From a virus (lineage: Duplodnaviria; Caudoviricetes), in IMG/VR virus record IMGVR_UViG_3300033069_000956, positions 3,810 to 67,809 of that record: DNA of 64,000 nucleotides, one strand, 5' to 3'. The position numbers and the translations under genes were made by a program. Shown piece after piece: positions 36,339 to 45,302 of this stretch. Numbering within the stretch: the first letter of the stretch is position 1; each line of letters starts with the position of its first letter. The notes under the pieces were generated by a model. It did no database searches. It was not told where the DNA came from and saw only the letters and a program-made list of their open reading frames with translations.

Positions 36339-36903
36339 CTGCCGTCTCCTTCTTGCTTGCGAGGGCGGCACGGGCCTGCAATTCCGCGATCAAGTCGTAG
36401 ATACTGCGCCCCGCCAATTCCTCGTAAGATGGCCGCCCGAGCATGTCCCAGATGCGGTCTACAATAGCGGTCTCGTCTCGCAATTGCCGTTCAAGCTCTT
36501 CGGAACGGGCCTCGGCAGCTTCGGCGCGGTCAAAAAGCCGTTGGTTCTCGTCGGCGTAGCTGTCGCACATTACTTCGGCAGATTTCCCCTCTGCCCTCAG
36601 CGCAGCAATAATGGCAGCGTCTGCGTCAATGCGGGCTTGTGGGTAGAGGGGTTCCACCACTTGCCCCAAATCTTTGGTTTTCGGGAGCCTAGGCGAATAG
36701 CTGCGAAACCCACCCGAAACTCTGCTAATGACCCAAGCCACCGGCCCGATCTCGCTCTCTGGCGGCTTGGGTGCGGCTGAAAGCATGGCGCTGAAGCGAT
36801 GGAAAGCGTTCCACCACTCACCGGTATATCGGCGGTCATTATCGACAAACAACTCGGCAAGCTCACGCGGCACCAGCACAAAGGCGGTCTGTGTGTCAGT
36901 CAT
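36331..36903 (-). CDS. Hypothetical protein (Ead/Ea22-like accessory)
   Basis: ATG 36903 after AAAGGAG; PVAW motif, coiled-coil. Confidence 0.5.
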   Translation of the reverse strand: MTDTQTAFVLVPRELAELFVDNDRRYTGEWWNAFHRFSAMLSAAPKPPESEIGPVAWVISRVSGGFRSYSPRLPKTKDLGQVVEPLYPQARIDADAAIIAALRAEGKSAEVMCDSYADENQRLFDRAEAAEARSEELERQLRDETAIVDRIWDMLGRPSYEELAGRSIYDLIAELQARAALASKKETADE

Positions 36904-37537
36904 GGGATGGCTCCTTTGCGGCTTGAAGGGCGGCGGTGAGAGCGGCGATGCGGGCATCTTGAGCCCGGATCACATCGACGGCGTTTTTCAGGTAGCTTTC
37001 GCACCAATCTTGAGTGCCATGTTTGCAGTGATGGTAGGCGCTGGGTAGCCATTCGAGCAGATGCGTGGCCCGCTCTACCATGGCATCGTCCACAGCTTGG
37101 GGTTCGAGGGCCTTGCGGACGAGATCGGCCCGAATGTATTGCGGGCTATCTTCCGTTGCTGCCGCGCACGTCCAAAAGCCACCGTGCATACCCTCTCCAT
37201 CCTGCGCCACCCTTATCCATTCTGGAGCGCCTTCTGTATTCCCTGCATTTCGGGATAGCATCCCCGCCATCTCCAGCGGCTTCACCCTCACCCCGCCAAC
37301 GGCAGGTGCGCGGGTGTTCCATGCGGCGATGGCTTCGGCCTCTGTGGGACAAGCACGTGTCACGACATGGCAGTTCTCGTTCGCGCACACCAAGCGAAAC
37401 CACCCCGGCCCGTAATAGGGGGGAACTTGTTTGCCACGCGTATCCCAGTTAAAAACTCTATTGCCCATAGGCCTGATCATTTTAGCTGGACCAGCGCAAA
37501 ACGGGCACGGCTTCAGTTCTGTCGGTGTTGTGGTCAT
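36896..37537 (-). CDS. Lar-family restriction-alleviation domain protein
   Basis: LKPCPFCAG...LVCANENC...TEAEAIAAWNTR. Confidence 0.75.
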   Translation of the reverse strand: MTTTPTELKPCPFCAGPAKMIRPMGNRVFNWDTRGKQVPPYYGPGWFRLVCANENCHVVTRACPTEAEAIAAWNTRAPAVGGVRVKPLEMAGMLSRNAGNTEGAPEWIRVAQDGEGMHGGFWTCAAATEDSPQYIRADLVRKALEPQAVDDAMVERATHLLEWLPSAYHHCKHGTQDWCESYLKNAVDVIRAQDARIAALTAALQAAKEPSHD

Positions 37538-37974
37538 GATGATTTCTCCGGGGTGGCTTGAAGGGCGGTGCGGGATCTGGAAATTTCCTCAAGCTGGACG
37601 CTGCTGTATTCGTTCGTAGCCACGGGCTTCCTGCCCTTCTCAAGCAGAAAGTCATTGTCCGTGAGCCTGTTGCCGCGAGTGTCAATGATGTGGCACCCAG
37701 AGCGAGCTAGCGTGGTCAGCGTGTTGTCCCACGAGCCAATCGAATAACTAAACTGCTCGCCTACTGCGGAGAAGTGGCCCGCGATACGCTGGACGTCTTG
37801 ATGGTTGTGCGCCCAATACCCGCGAGCTTCATTGAAGTGGAAACTATGCGGATCGACATACTTGCCGAGCAATGCGCTAAACTGCTCGGCAAGGTCATAG
37901 GCGACCGTCTCAGCAGCGGCGCTTGTGAAGCCGTTCCGCAGCGCGCGGCGTGTGCGGATTGATCTTGCCATCAC
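37534..37974 (-). CDS. Hypothetical protein
   Basis: 146 aa, coupled. Confidence 0.5.
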   Translation of the reverse strand: MMARSIRTRRALRNGFTSAAAETVAYDLAEQFSALLGKYVDPHSFHFNEARGYWAHNHQDVQRIAGHFSAVGEQFSYSIGSWDNTLTTLARSGCHIIDTRGNRLTDNDFLLEKGRKPVATNEYSSVQLEEISRSRTALQATPEKSS

Positions 37975-38171
37975 GCGGCCTCGTTTTCGAGTTCGGCCAT
38001 ATCAAGGCAGTCGTTGAAGCCGTGGTAGGTGGTTTCCATATCGAACCCCATCTTTGACATTGCTGACTGGTAGGCGGCGCGGTGGATAGCGATGAGCTTG
38101 CGGCCATTCTTTGTGCCGACCAGCTTACGGAGTGTGGCGACCGTCTTGGTGTCCAGTTCGTTGCGGGCCAT
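37971..38171 (-). CDS. Hypothetical protein
   Basis: ATG 38171 with GGAG RBS, directly below its own promoter. Confidence 0.55.
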   Translation of the reverse strand: MARNELDTKTVATLRKLVGTKNGRKLIAIHRAAYQSAMSKMGFDMETTYHGFNDCLDMAELENEAA

Positions 38172-38196
38172 TTTCGTTCTCCAATCGTGTATCTGA

Positions 38197-38230
38197 TTGC
38201 CTTTATAACCGATAGCTGTTATAACGTCAA
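38197..38230. promoter_or_regulatory. Overlapping divergent promoters with palindromic operator
   Basis: +: TTGCCT-17-TATAAC; -: TTGACG-17-TATAAA; TTATAAC-N8-GTTATAA at 38203-38224. Confidence 0.65.
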
Positions 38231-38259
38231 TAACCAATATCACTTATCGGGGTAAATTG

Positions 38260-38445
38260 ATGGGCAGGCCGCCGCTAAACGCCAAGTCAGTCACGACCGC
38301 AACGCTAATCCGACTGCCGACTGTCACCTTGAACAAGGTCGATGAACTGGCTGGCCCGAACAGGCGCGGCGAGTTCATCCGCGAGGCCATAGAGCGCGAG
38401 ATCAAGCGGCGCGAACGTAAGCCCATCACCGCCCCTCCCTCTTAG
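38260..38445 (+). CDS. Ribbon-helix-helix (CopG/Arc-like) regulator
   Basis: MGRPPL...TLIRLPTVTLNKVDEL....RGEFIREAIERE. Confidence 0.75.
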   Translation: MGRPPLNAKSVTTATLIRLPTVTLNKVDELAGPNRRGEFIREAIEREIKRRERKPITAPPS

Positions 38446-39016
38446 CGACTTCGGCCATGAGAGCGTCGGCATAGCGGGTGGCGTCGAAAGCGCAGTTCGG
38501 ATAGTTCTCGCCGCCAGCCGAAATAACCCCCGTCATTGCAGCGCATGCCGCCCGGAACCAGCGATCATCAACGCGGGTGGGTGGAGCTGGTGCATCAGGC
38601 TCCCACGACTTGCCGCCATCCGAGAAGGTGCCTGGTGGGTCAGCTATGTCAACGCGGGTGGATGGGTCTGGCTGCGCGGCAGGGGTGACCTGATAGCCCT
38701 CAAAGACAAGCTGCAAATAAGCATCCCGCCCGACGATCTGTTCAGGGGTGCGTTTTGGCGGACTCGCATCCCCCACCTTCGCCACCGGCTTGCCATCCGC
38801 ATCAATACCGTACGCTGCAAGAATGGCGGCGGTGGGCTCGATGAGATCGTTAAACGACTGCCCGTAGTGGGCATAACCACCCGCACTCCAGGACTTAACA
38901 AGCCGTTCCGACCAAAAGCCAGCGCGCCCTCGCCCCTCCAAATCCGTCACGAGCGTTTTCCCGTCGCGCGTCATGGCTGGCTTGCCGGGCTGGGGTTTCC
39001 AGTTGGGGTTGGTCAT
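38426..39016 (-). CDS. Hypothetical protein
   Basis: 196 aa; C-terminal WFRAACAAMTG...YADALMAE motif frequent in phage accessory genes. Confidence 0.55.
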   Translation of the reverse strand: MTNPNWKPQPGKPAMTRDGKTLVTDLEGRGRAGFWSERLVKSWSAGGYAHYGQSFNDLIEPTAAILAAYGIDADGKPVAKVGDASPPKRTPEQIVGRDAYLQLVFEGYQVTPAAQPDPSTRVDIADPPGTFSDGGKSWEPDAPAPPTRVDDRWFRAACAAMTGVISAGGENYPNCAFDATRYADALMAEVAKREGR

Positions 39017-39300
39017 GATGCGGCCCCGTAGCTGCGAATGTATTCCTTCGCTTGCTCCTTGGTCATGACTTCGCCGTCCCAGTCATTGTAGATTGGCCCG
39101 TCAATAGCCTCGATCAGGTCGCGCAGCGCCTGCTTTTGCTCATCCGTGTCTTTCTGGGATACTAGGCTCCACGAAACCCCGCCCTCAGCGTATCGGCGTA
39201 GGGCTTCTTTGCTGGCCTCAGACGTGCATTTCCAGCCCTTCAGTGTGCCAAATTTCAACGACAGGTGTTCCTGCCCCGCCGTATGCTGTGTCTGTGTCAT
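39013..39300 (-). CDS. Hypothetical protein
   Basis: 95 aa; LSLKFGTLKGW...NDWDGEVMTKEQAKEYI. Confidence 0.6.
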   Translation of the reverse strand: MTQTQHTAGQEHLSLKFGTLKGWKCTSEASKEALRRYAEGGVSWSLVSQKDTDEQKQALRDLIEAIDGPIYNDWDGEVMTKEQAKEYIRSYGAAS

Positions 39301-39303
39301 GGC

Positions 39304-39942
39304 TCATACCTTCCCAAGTGCTGCGTGAAACCTGGCTTTTTCAGACTCCAACAGAGCGGCATGCTGCGCCTTGATGGCCTGCTGAATTTCGGTGATGGCC
39401 GCGTTGGTAGCCTTCTCGATTTCCTGCTTGAATGCGCGCTGCATGTATTGACTGACCAGATACTCGATGCGGCTATAGCTATTGGTGCGGCTCCACCCAT
39501 CAGCGGTGACCGGCTTGCCGTCATTGCCCACGCGCGCGTCAAGGTATTCCCGCCCGGTCAAACCGATGAATTCCCGCATGGTGACTGGCTTCTTGTCGCC
39601 GAAGGATGGCGTTAAAGGCTGGTCAATAATTTCAGCGGTAACGGCGGATAATGCCTTGTCTGCCATGGCAGTGATCTGCTCGATGCACTTGGCTTCAATC
39701 GACTGCGCAAGTTGGCGGTCACGGCGCTGCCCGACAATCAATGCGGCGGCGGCTTCCACGATCAGCGCTTCCATGTCCCGCTGGGTATAATCGCGCATCG
39801 ATACGGTGAACTCTATGCCGTGCCCCTCAGGTTTTAAGGTGGCAACGGCGGCTGTTACAACATCGATGGGCTCCGATTGGCCGTCCCAATCGCGTTCGGC
39901 CATTTCGGCGGTGCTGGCAATTTCATTGTTCTGTGTGGTCAT
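39304..39942 (-). CDS. Hypothetical protein
   Basis: 212 aa, GAGGT RBS. Confidence 0.6.
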   Translation of the reverse strand: MTTQNNEIASTAEMAERDWDGQSEPIDVVTAAVATLKPEGHGIEFTVSMRDYTQRDMEALIVEAAAALIVGQRRDRQLAQSIEAKCIEQITAMADKALSAVTAEIIDQPLTPSFGDKKPVTMREFIGLTGREYLDARVGNDGKPVTADGWSRTNSYSRIEYLVSQYMQRAFKQEIEKATNAAITEIQQAIKAQHAALLESEKARFHAALGKV

Positions 39943-39945
39943 GGC

Positions 39946-40137
39946 TCATACCTCTGTGGGTTGGGTGGTGGCGGGCGAGGGCCACACCGGAACGGTAGGC
40001 AGCAAATTGTGCCAGGGGATAATGAGGCAGCTACCGCCGGAGGTACGTGTTTCCGGGTTCCACCAACGAATGTGGAATTGCAGTTGGCTGCTCACCGGGC
40101 AAGGCCCGCCGTTGTGTGTGATGAATGGGTGGGTCAT
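39946..40137 (-). CDS. Hypothetical protein
   Basis: 63 aa, HNGGPCPV motif. Confidence 0.5.
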   Translation of the reverse strand: MTHPFITHNGGPCPVSSQLQFHIRWWNPETRTSGGSCLIIPWHNLLPTVPVWPSPATTQPTEV

Positions 40138-40724
40138 AGGGTGGGCCCTGCAACAGGCTCAACGTAGCCCGTAGGCTGCGCGGGCGCTGCGGCGATGATT
40201 GATTGCAGGATCGGCTTCCACGTGCGCCAGAACTCAAGCGCCTTCTTGCCGTCCATGGCCGCGATTGCGGCGTCGTCAAAGCCCCACCAGTCGGCGATAG
40301 CGTGGCACTGGCACCCGATGTGCATAATGGCGTCGGTGTAGGTGACAGCGTAGGTGCCGGTGAACAAGGTGCGCACATAGGGGTTATCGCCAACGGCGTA
40401 GCGCAGGTTGGCGGAGCGCAGGTTGGCGTAGCGCAGGTCGGCGTAGCGCAGGTCGGCGGAGCGCAGGTCGGCGGAGCTTAGGTTGGCGGAGCGCAGGTCG
40501 GCGTAGCGCAGGTCGGCGTAGCGCAGGTCGGCGGAGCGCAGGTCGGCGGAGCTTAGGTTGGCGGAGCGCAGGTCGGCGGAGCGCAGGTTGGCTTCTGCTT
40601 TCAAAGCCGCCATGACCGCAAGGCCGAGCTTGACGCTTTCCGGGGTGCTTTCAGGTGCGTCAATGTCAGCCGTGTAGATAACTGCGTTGGTATAACGATG
40701 CTTGATCTCGTATTTCATTTTCAC
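40134..40724 (-). CDS. Pentapeptide-repeat protein
   Basis: 13 A(D/N)L(R/S)(S/Y) repeats flanked by YEIKHRYTNAVI N-terminus and IGCQCH...WW C-terminal domain. Confidence 0.85.
   Translation of the reverse strand: MKMKYEIKHRYTNAVIYTADIDAPESTPESVKLGLAVMAALKAEANLRSADLRSANLSSADLRSADLRYADLRYADLRSANLSSADLRSADLRYADLRYANLRSANLRYAVGDNPYVRTLFTGTYAVTYTDAIMHIGCQCHAIADWWGFDDAAIAAMDGKKALEFWRTWKPILQSIIAAAPAQPTGYVEPVAGPTL
40395..40592. repeat. 15-bp tandem repeat array (coding)
   Basis: GGCG(G/T)AGCGCAGGT(C/T)-type units, 13 copies. Confidence 0.9.
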
Positions 40725-40891
40725 TCATCTCCAATCTGTCGAACGTTCGGAGCCGATGGCTTGAACGTGTTGCGGCAAGTGTCGCTCTCGCTGCCCCAGC
40801 CGGCGACGCTTATGCCGTAGAGCACCAGCAGGAGGATGCCCGCGCTGCCAACGACCAGGACCAGCGCCGCCTGTTTGTCGAAGCTGTTCAT
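40721..40891 (-). CDS. Small single-TM protein
   Basis: AALVLVVGSAGILLLVLYGISV. Confidence 0.5.
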   Translation of the reverse strand: MNSFDKQAALVLVVGSAGILLLVLYGISVAGWGSESDTCRNTFKPSAPNVRQIGDE

Positions 40892-40998
40892 GACAACCAC
40901 CCTAGCCAGCCGAGGTTGGTCATGATGTTGCCAATGGCGACGCCATTGATCCAAAGGCTGATGGCGAAGAGCCAGAAATAGGGGTTGTAGAGGCGCAT
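40888..40998 (-). CDS. Very small hydrophobic protein (36 aa)
   Basis: MRLYNPYFWLFAISLWINGVAIGNIMTNLGWLGWLS; AAAAGGAACC RBS; ATGA coupling. Confidence 0.5.
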   Translation of the reverse strand: MRLYNPYFWLFAISLWINGVAIGNIMTNLGWLGWLS

Positions 40999-41020
40999 GG
41001 TCGGGGTTCCTTTTTAGCGG

Positions 41021-41239
41021 TCAGGTGTTGGTGGCCGCCGGCAAGGCGGGCACCGGGACGGCGACAAGCTGGCAGGCGTAGACGTCGTGGGCGATGGTCG
41101 CTCGGTACTGCTCCGCCAGAAGGTATAGGGTGAAAATTCCGGCGGCCGCAATTAACAGCATCCCAAAGATAACGAGGAGAACAATACCGGTCTCGTATAG
41201 GCAATGCCTGACGCCGTGCCAGTCTATTTGATTCATCAT
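41021..41239 (-). CDS. Small single-TM protein
   Basis: GIVLLVIFGMLLIAAAGIFTLYLL; GGAGG RBS. Confidence 0.55.
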   Translation of the reverse strand: MMNQIDWHGVRHCLYETGIVLLVIFGMLLIAAAGIFTLYLLAEQYRATIAHDVYACQLVAVPVPALPAATNT

Positions 41240-41934
41240 TTGGCGTACCTCCATGCGATGATCGGATCGTCGGGTCGGGCCAGCGCGTCGTGGCTGACGA
41301 ACAGCACATAGCGGAGCAGCCCGGTCTGGCGCAGCACGTCGATGCGCCGGCCCTGTTTCGGGCGTCCGGCGGCGTACAGGCGCCACTTCTTGGCGGTCTC
41401 GACGGGCGGCGGGTTGGCGTACTTCTTCCATTCGTCCGGGATAACCGGGTACGTGGACGATCTGTGCAGGGCGTCGGACTCGCCGCCGGTGTCATTTTGC
41501 ACTTCGCGCACTTCACCGGGTCCGTTCTGCCCGTCCACGGCTACGGTGGTCGGCTGGCGCTGGGCAGCCTCGAGGACGGTCAGGCGCGTGAGGATAGCGT
41601 CGGTGATGGTTGTCAGGCGGTCAAGGAGACCGACCAGCCCATCGAACTTGTCCGCCAAAGCGTCGATGCGCTTGTCCATCGCGTCGGGGTCTGGGGTGTT
41701 CGCATAGGATGTATAGCCGCGGTTGTTGTGCGCGCTCAGTTCTTCGCCCCCGCGCGCCGCTTTGGCGGCGATGGCCTGGTCGTCGATCTGCTGGCTCAGA
41801 ACGAAAGCGGGGTCGAGCGGCACTTTGGCGGAATCGGTAACACCGATTCCATCCCAGTCCTGCTTGTCCAAGGTATCGGCGACGAGTTGCTTGATCCAGT
41901 CCGGCGTGCGGTCGGGGAGATAATAGTCGGGCAT
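41236..41934 (-). CDS. Hypothetical protein
   Basis: 232 aa, AAAAGGAACC RBS. Confidence 0.6.
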   Translation of the reverse strand: MPDYYLPDRTPDWIKQLVADTLDKQDWDGIGVTDSAKVPLDPAFVLSQQIDDQAIAAKAARGGEELSAHNNRGYTSYANTPDPDAMDKRIDALADKFDGLVGLLDRLTTITDAILTRLTVLEAAQRQPTTVAVDGQNGPGEVREVQNDTGGESDALHRSSTYPVIPDEWKKYANPPPVETAKKWRLYAAGRPKQGRRIDVLRQTGLLRYVLFVSHDALARPDDPIIAWRYAK

Positions 41935-41975
41935 GGTGGTGGTTCCTTTTGATCAGTCGGTGTTAGGGCGGTCGG

Positions 41976-42839
41976 CTATTCCTTGAGAAAGAGATTGGCG
42001 AGGGCGGTGTTGGTCATGTCGCCATCGCGGTAGCCGACCTGTCGGCGGGCGGGCCAGTGGCCGTGCGCCATGAACCACGCCAGCATGCCCGCGCCGTACT
42101 GGCGCCCGGCGGCGCGCAGGAAAGGGCGGCCATTGGGGGCCTGCTGGGCGGCTGGCACGCCCTCGCGCTGGGCGGGGTGGCGATGATAGAAGCGCCCGGT
42201 GGTGGGATCGTAGGCGAAATAGTCGTGGGCCTGCCGGAGCGTCAGGACGCCATCGCCGGTGCCGGCGGTGCGCTCGGCCTGGCTAGCGGGTAAGGTGGGG
42301 GGCGGGTTGTCGCGCACGAAGCGGTAACCCTCGGCGGCGGCGGTGGCGAAGGCCTCGGCAGTATCGAGGTCGCGGAACATGCCAAGGACGATGCGCGTAT
42401 CGCGCTCGGCGCGCGCGAACCAGGTCACCTTGTCGGCGCTCAGCGTGACGTAGGGAAGGGCGGACTTGCGGCCCTGCTCGGCCTTGCGCTCGCGCAGCCG
42501 CTCACGATAGCGGCGCATCTTTGCGGCCTTGGTGGTACGGCTGTAAAGGACAGGGCGCGGCACGAGATTGACCTTGGCCAGGTTCTCAGGATTGCCGTCA
42601 CGAAAGCCGATCGGGTGCTCGGGCCAGTCGCCGTGATGGAAGAACCACGCAACTCGGGCGGCGGGATAATAGCGCTTCTGAAAACCGACGACGATGTGGC
42701 CGTTGGAGGCTTTGCTACCGGCTCGGGACCCCTCCAGAACACGGGGGGAAGAGCGCAGCCAAACCAGCTCTCCGGTGTCCGGATTGCAGTCGAGCGCGGC
42801 GTACATTGCGTCGAGAATGTGGCAGCTTGGAGTGCGCAA
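41976..42839 (-). CDS. Degenerate HNH-AP2-HNH protein
   Basis: Two copies of Y(D/N)P.TG...G...Y.A..(V/L)AWF..HG.WP....(F/Y)RDG...N...NL around an AP2-like W.A.....LG.F.....A segment; catalytic His positions not evident. Confidence 0.6.
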   Translation of the reverse strand: MRTPSCHILDAMYAALDCNPDTGELVWLRSSPRVLEGSRAGSKASNGHIVVGFQKRYYPAARVAWFFHHGDWPEHPIGFRDGNPENLAKVNLVPRPVLYSRTTKAAKMRRYRERLRERKAEQGRKSALPYVTLSADKVTWFARAERDTRIVLGMFRDLDTAEAFATAAAEGYRFVRDNPPPTLPASQAERTAGTGDGVLTLRQAHDYFAYDPTTGRFYHRHPAQREGVPAAQQAPNGRPFLRAAGRQYGAGMLAWFMAHGHWPARRQVGYRDGDMTNTALANLFLKE

Positions 42840-42859
42840 AATGGGTCACATTACTAGTG

Positions 42860-43110
42860 CGTTTTGAGAGCCCTTTTTTAGCAGGATTTGCCCATATCGT
42901 CAAGCGTGGAAATCGGGGGCGGCGCGGGGTGAGGTGGAACGCGGTACGATTTCGGGTTTTTTGACCGTTTCCAGACCATCGGCGTGGATTCGCCGAAAGC
43001 TCGTGTTACAAAGTTCAATGAAATCAGTTAGTTAAGATAACTAGAAAGAGTAGTATCTTTTAGCCTCTATAGACTGGATAGACTTTATAACTTTATATTG
43101 CTTATCACCC
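42860..43110. other. AT-rich non-coding region (origin/terminus candidate)
   Basis: Sharp GC drop; short repeats TAGACT x2, CTTTATA x2; palindrome CCCTATAGGG. Confidence 0.4.
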
Positions 43111-43183
43111 TATAGGGTCTGTGAAGGGTGGCTAGAAACGATCTTAGGTTGGCCACATTCTCGCCACGATTGCTCACCCGCGA

Positions 43184-43369
43184 TTACGAGGCGCGGCGGA
43201 GAGCTTCGGCGAGGGCTAAAGAGGGGGTGAAAGTCCAGCCGGTGACCGGTCGGCCGTCGAGGTGCGCGCGCCAGAAACAGCGGCGGCGGCGATAGTCGGC
43301 GCGGCTCGGTTCTAAGGTGTACGGGCCCGCTTTTACGACGCCGGCGATGATGCGGATCTTTGGCGGCAT
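43184..43369 (-). CDS. Hypothetical protein
   Basis: 61 aa, GAG RBS. Confidence 0.4.
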   Translation of the reverse strand: MPPKIRIIAGVVKAGPYTLEPSRADYRRRRCFWRAHLDGRPVTGWTFTPSLALAEALRRAS

Positions 43370-43474
43370 GCTCGGATTGCTCCATTAATTTTGGGCGGTC
43401 GGATTGCCCCATGAAAAGGCGGCGCCTATCAAGGGCCAGGGCACACGGCGGTGCACTGGCCCCGGTTGACGTCG

Positions 43475-43708
43475 TTACGGCTTCGGCATGCGGTAACCGT
43501 GAGCGGGGTGCTTCTCCGGTGCGGTCTGGCCCCGGTTGAGTTCGTCGGCTCGGCGTCTAGCGCTTTCGTGGGAAGAGAAGCGCACGATATTGCCGCGGTT
43601 GTCGACAAGCTCGTAATGCCCCCGGATGCTCTCAGGGTCGGGGTAGTATACGACGCGCCAACGGCGCGCACCTTTCAAGCCGCTAGCCGGTGCGTAAATG
43701 CCGGTCAT
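43475..43708 (-). CDS. Hypothetical protein
   Basis: 77 aa, ATGA coupling. Confidence 0.5.
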   Translation of the reverse strand: MTGIYAPASGLKGARRWRVVYYPDPESIRGHYELVDNRGNIVRFSSHESARRRADELNRGQTAPEKHPAHGYRMPKP

Positions 43709-43968
43709 GCGTCGAACCCGCTATCCAACAGGCCATCATCATCCAGGGCCATGCCGGCGTCGGTTGCAGCCAGCAGCACGGCGACAAGGTCGCTAGCGCG
43801 GCGCTGCAGCCCACGGTCAGCAGGGAAACGGGCCAGGCGCGCGGCCAAGTGCCTTGCGCGGCGTCCCAGCGGCCCGTTGGGCGCGTCCAAGGCGTGGGAG
43901 AGGGAGAGCAGCAGGGCGGCGCTGGAAGGGACGTGGGCGCGGCTCTGGCTGTGGTTGGTGGCGGGCAT
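43705..43968 (-). CDS. Hypothetical protein
   Basis: ATG 43968 after AAAAGGAACC. Confidence 0.5.
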   Translation of the reverse strand: MPATNHSQSRAHVPSSAALLLSLSHALDAPNGPLGRRARHLAARLARFPADRGLQRRASDLVAVLLAATDAGMALDDDGLLDSGFDA

Positions 43969-44067
43969 GGTGTGGTTCCTTTTGGGTTGAGGTGCAGCGG
44001 TATGGCTGCGGGGTCTGGCCTGAGCGCCAGTCAAGGCCAAGGCGGTCAGCCTTGGCCCGGTTGGGGC

Positions 44068-44232
44068 TCAGCGCAGGCTGTAGGCGCAGGTGTCGGTTGA
44101 GAGGTGCTCGGTGCAAGCGGTCATGGCGTCCCGGTCAGCGCCGATCAGCACGGCGGCGCAAATGGCCAGGGTCAGCAGGGCGGCGGTCAGGTAGATCAGG
44201 CGCAAGGTGTCTTTAGGGCTGCGGTAGGTCAT
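44068..44232 (-). CDS. Small membrane protein (54 aa, missed by ORF track)
   Basis: MTYRSPKDTLRLIYLTAALLTLAICAAVLIG...; AAAGGAG RBS. Confidence 0.55.
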   Translation of the reverse strand: MTYRSPKDTLRLIYLTAALLTLAICAAVLIGADRDAMTACTEHLSTDTCAYSLR

Positions 44233-44316
44233 GGGTTGGGCTCCTTTCGGCGGTCAGGCTCGGGATTGAACGCTGATCAAGTGCCAGCCTTGGCGGCTGG
44301 CACCGGTTAGGGTTCG

Positions 44317-44535
44317 TCACATCCCGGTCATGGCAGCGCGAACGGCGGATTTGCTATAGGGCGCGCCGTCAGGCGTTTTCGTCGAGCCAACCAAGGCCAG
44401 AAAATCGTTCACAGCAGCAGCGCGGTTCTTGGCGACGCTGACGCATTCGCGTGCCAAGTTATGCAGCCCTTCGTCATTGTTGATCCACAGCGCGACGTTC
44501 CAGTGGTTGTAGTTCTTGTGGCCGTTGTAGCTCAT
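44317..44535 (-). CDS. Conserved-type early phage protein
   Basis: MSYNGHKNYNHWNVALWINNDEGL motif. Confidence 0.65.
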   Translation of the reverse strand: MSYNGHKNYNHWNVALWINNDEGLHNLARECVSVAKNRAAAVNDFLALVGSTKTPDGAPYSKSAVRAAMTGM

Positions 44536-44587
44536 TTGTCGGTTTCCTTTTGAGTACCGGTTGTGGTCGGGCGCGATATGCGACGGG

Positions 44588-44944
44588 TCAGGCGTAGATT
44601 TTACCGTCATCTCCGATGTAGAGATCGACGTCGCCGAACGCGTGTGCTGCGTCGCTGAGCTTGTCGCCAGCAGGACCATAGCCCCGATCCCAAAAGCCGG
44701 CGCCATGGCCGCAACGGGTCAACCAGAAGTCGTGCCCGTGCTGTTCATCGCTCGCGCCCGCCTCAGTCATAAGCGCGGCGTTCGCGTCATAGAACGCGTC
44801 ACAATCGGCGCGCATGGCGGCCAGGGTATCCGGCGCGATGTCGGTTTCGTCGAAGCGCTTATCAAGCGGCTCGCCGTCATCATCGGAGGTGGACCAAAGG
44901 GCGGCTATAACGTAGCAGTCGAAAAAGATGTCAGGGGCGGTCAT
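44588..44944 (-). CDS. Acidic early phage protein
   Basis: GHDFWLTRCGHGAGFWDRG motif; Asp-rich. Confidence 0.7.
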   Translation of the reverse strand: MTAPDIFFDCYVIAALWSTSDDDGEPLDKRFDETDIAPDTLAAMRADCDAFYDANAALMTEAGASDEQHGHDFWLTRCGHGAGFWDRGYGPAGDKLSDAAHAFGDVDLYIGDDGKIYA

Positions 44945-44980
44945 GTTGGTTTGTCCTGTTGTGTCGGTTGTGAAAGCTGA

Positions 44981-45241
44981 CTAGGCGCGTTTGCTGTCGG
45001 TCCAGTTGTACTGTGTGCCGTCCGGGCCAATGATGAACGCCGCATGGTATGCGCCGCGCGAATGTTTGCGGATGGCGCTTGCGAGTGTCCGGTGTGCGGC
45101 TTTCAGGGTCCGGTGCGATCCGCACAGTTCAGCACGCTTATTGATCCGGTCGTAAGCCTTGATATAGACCGCGAAGCGATCAGGCACGACATGGGCGCCG
45201 ATTTCGGCAAGCCAGTATGGGTTGAGATAGCAGGTTGGCAT
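44981..45241 (-). CDS. Hypothetical early protein
   Basis: 86 aa, AAAGGAACC RBS, first gene after leftward promoter. Confidence 0.55.
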   Translation of the reverse strand: MPTCYLNPYWLAEIGAHVVPDRFAVYIKAYDRINKRAELCGSHRTLKAAHRTLASAIRKHSRGAYHAAFIIGPDGTQYNWTDSKRA

Positions 45242-45273
45242 GGCGCGGTTCCTTTGTGTTACGTCTAAGGCCT

Positions 45274-45302
45274 ATCAACCATGGTAATGGATGTTATGTC
45301 AA
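45274..45302 (-). promoter_or_regulatory. Leftward (early) promoter candidate
   Basis: TTGACA (45302-45297), 17 bp, TG-preceded weak -10; at the strand switch. Confidence 0.45.

Noticed and set aside
40395-40592. Regular 15-bp repeats as a CRISPR array or DGR template
   Set aside because: There are no unique spacers; the repeats encode in-frame pentapeptide units; no cas or reverse transcriptase genes were seen.
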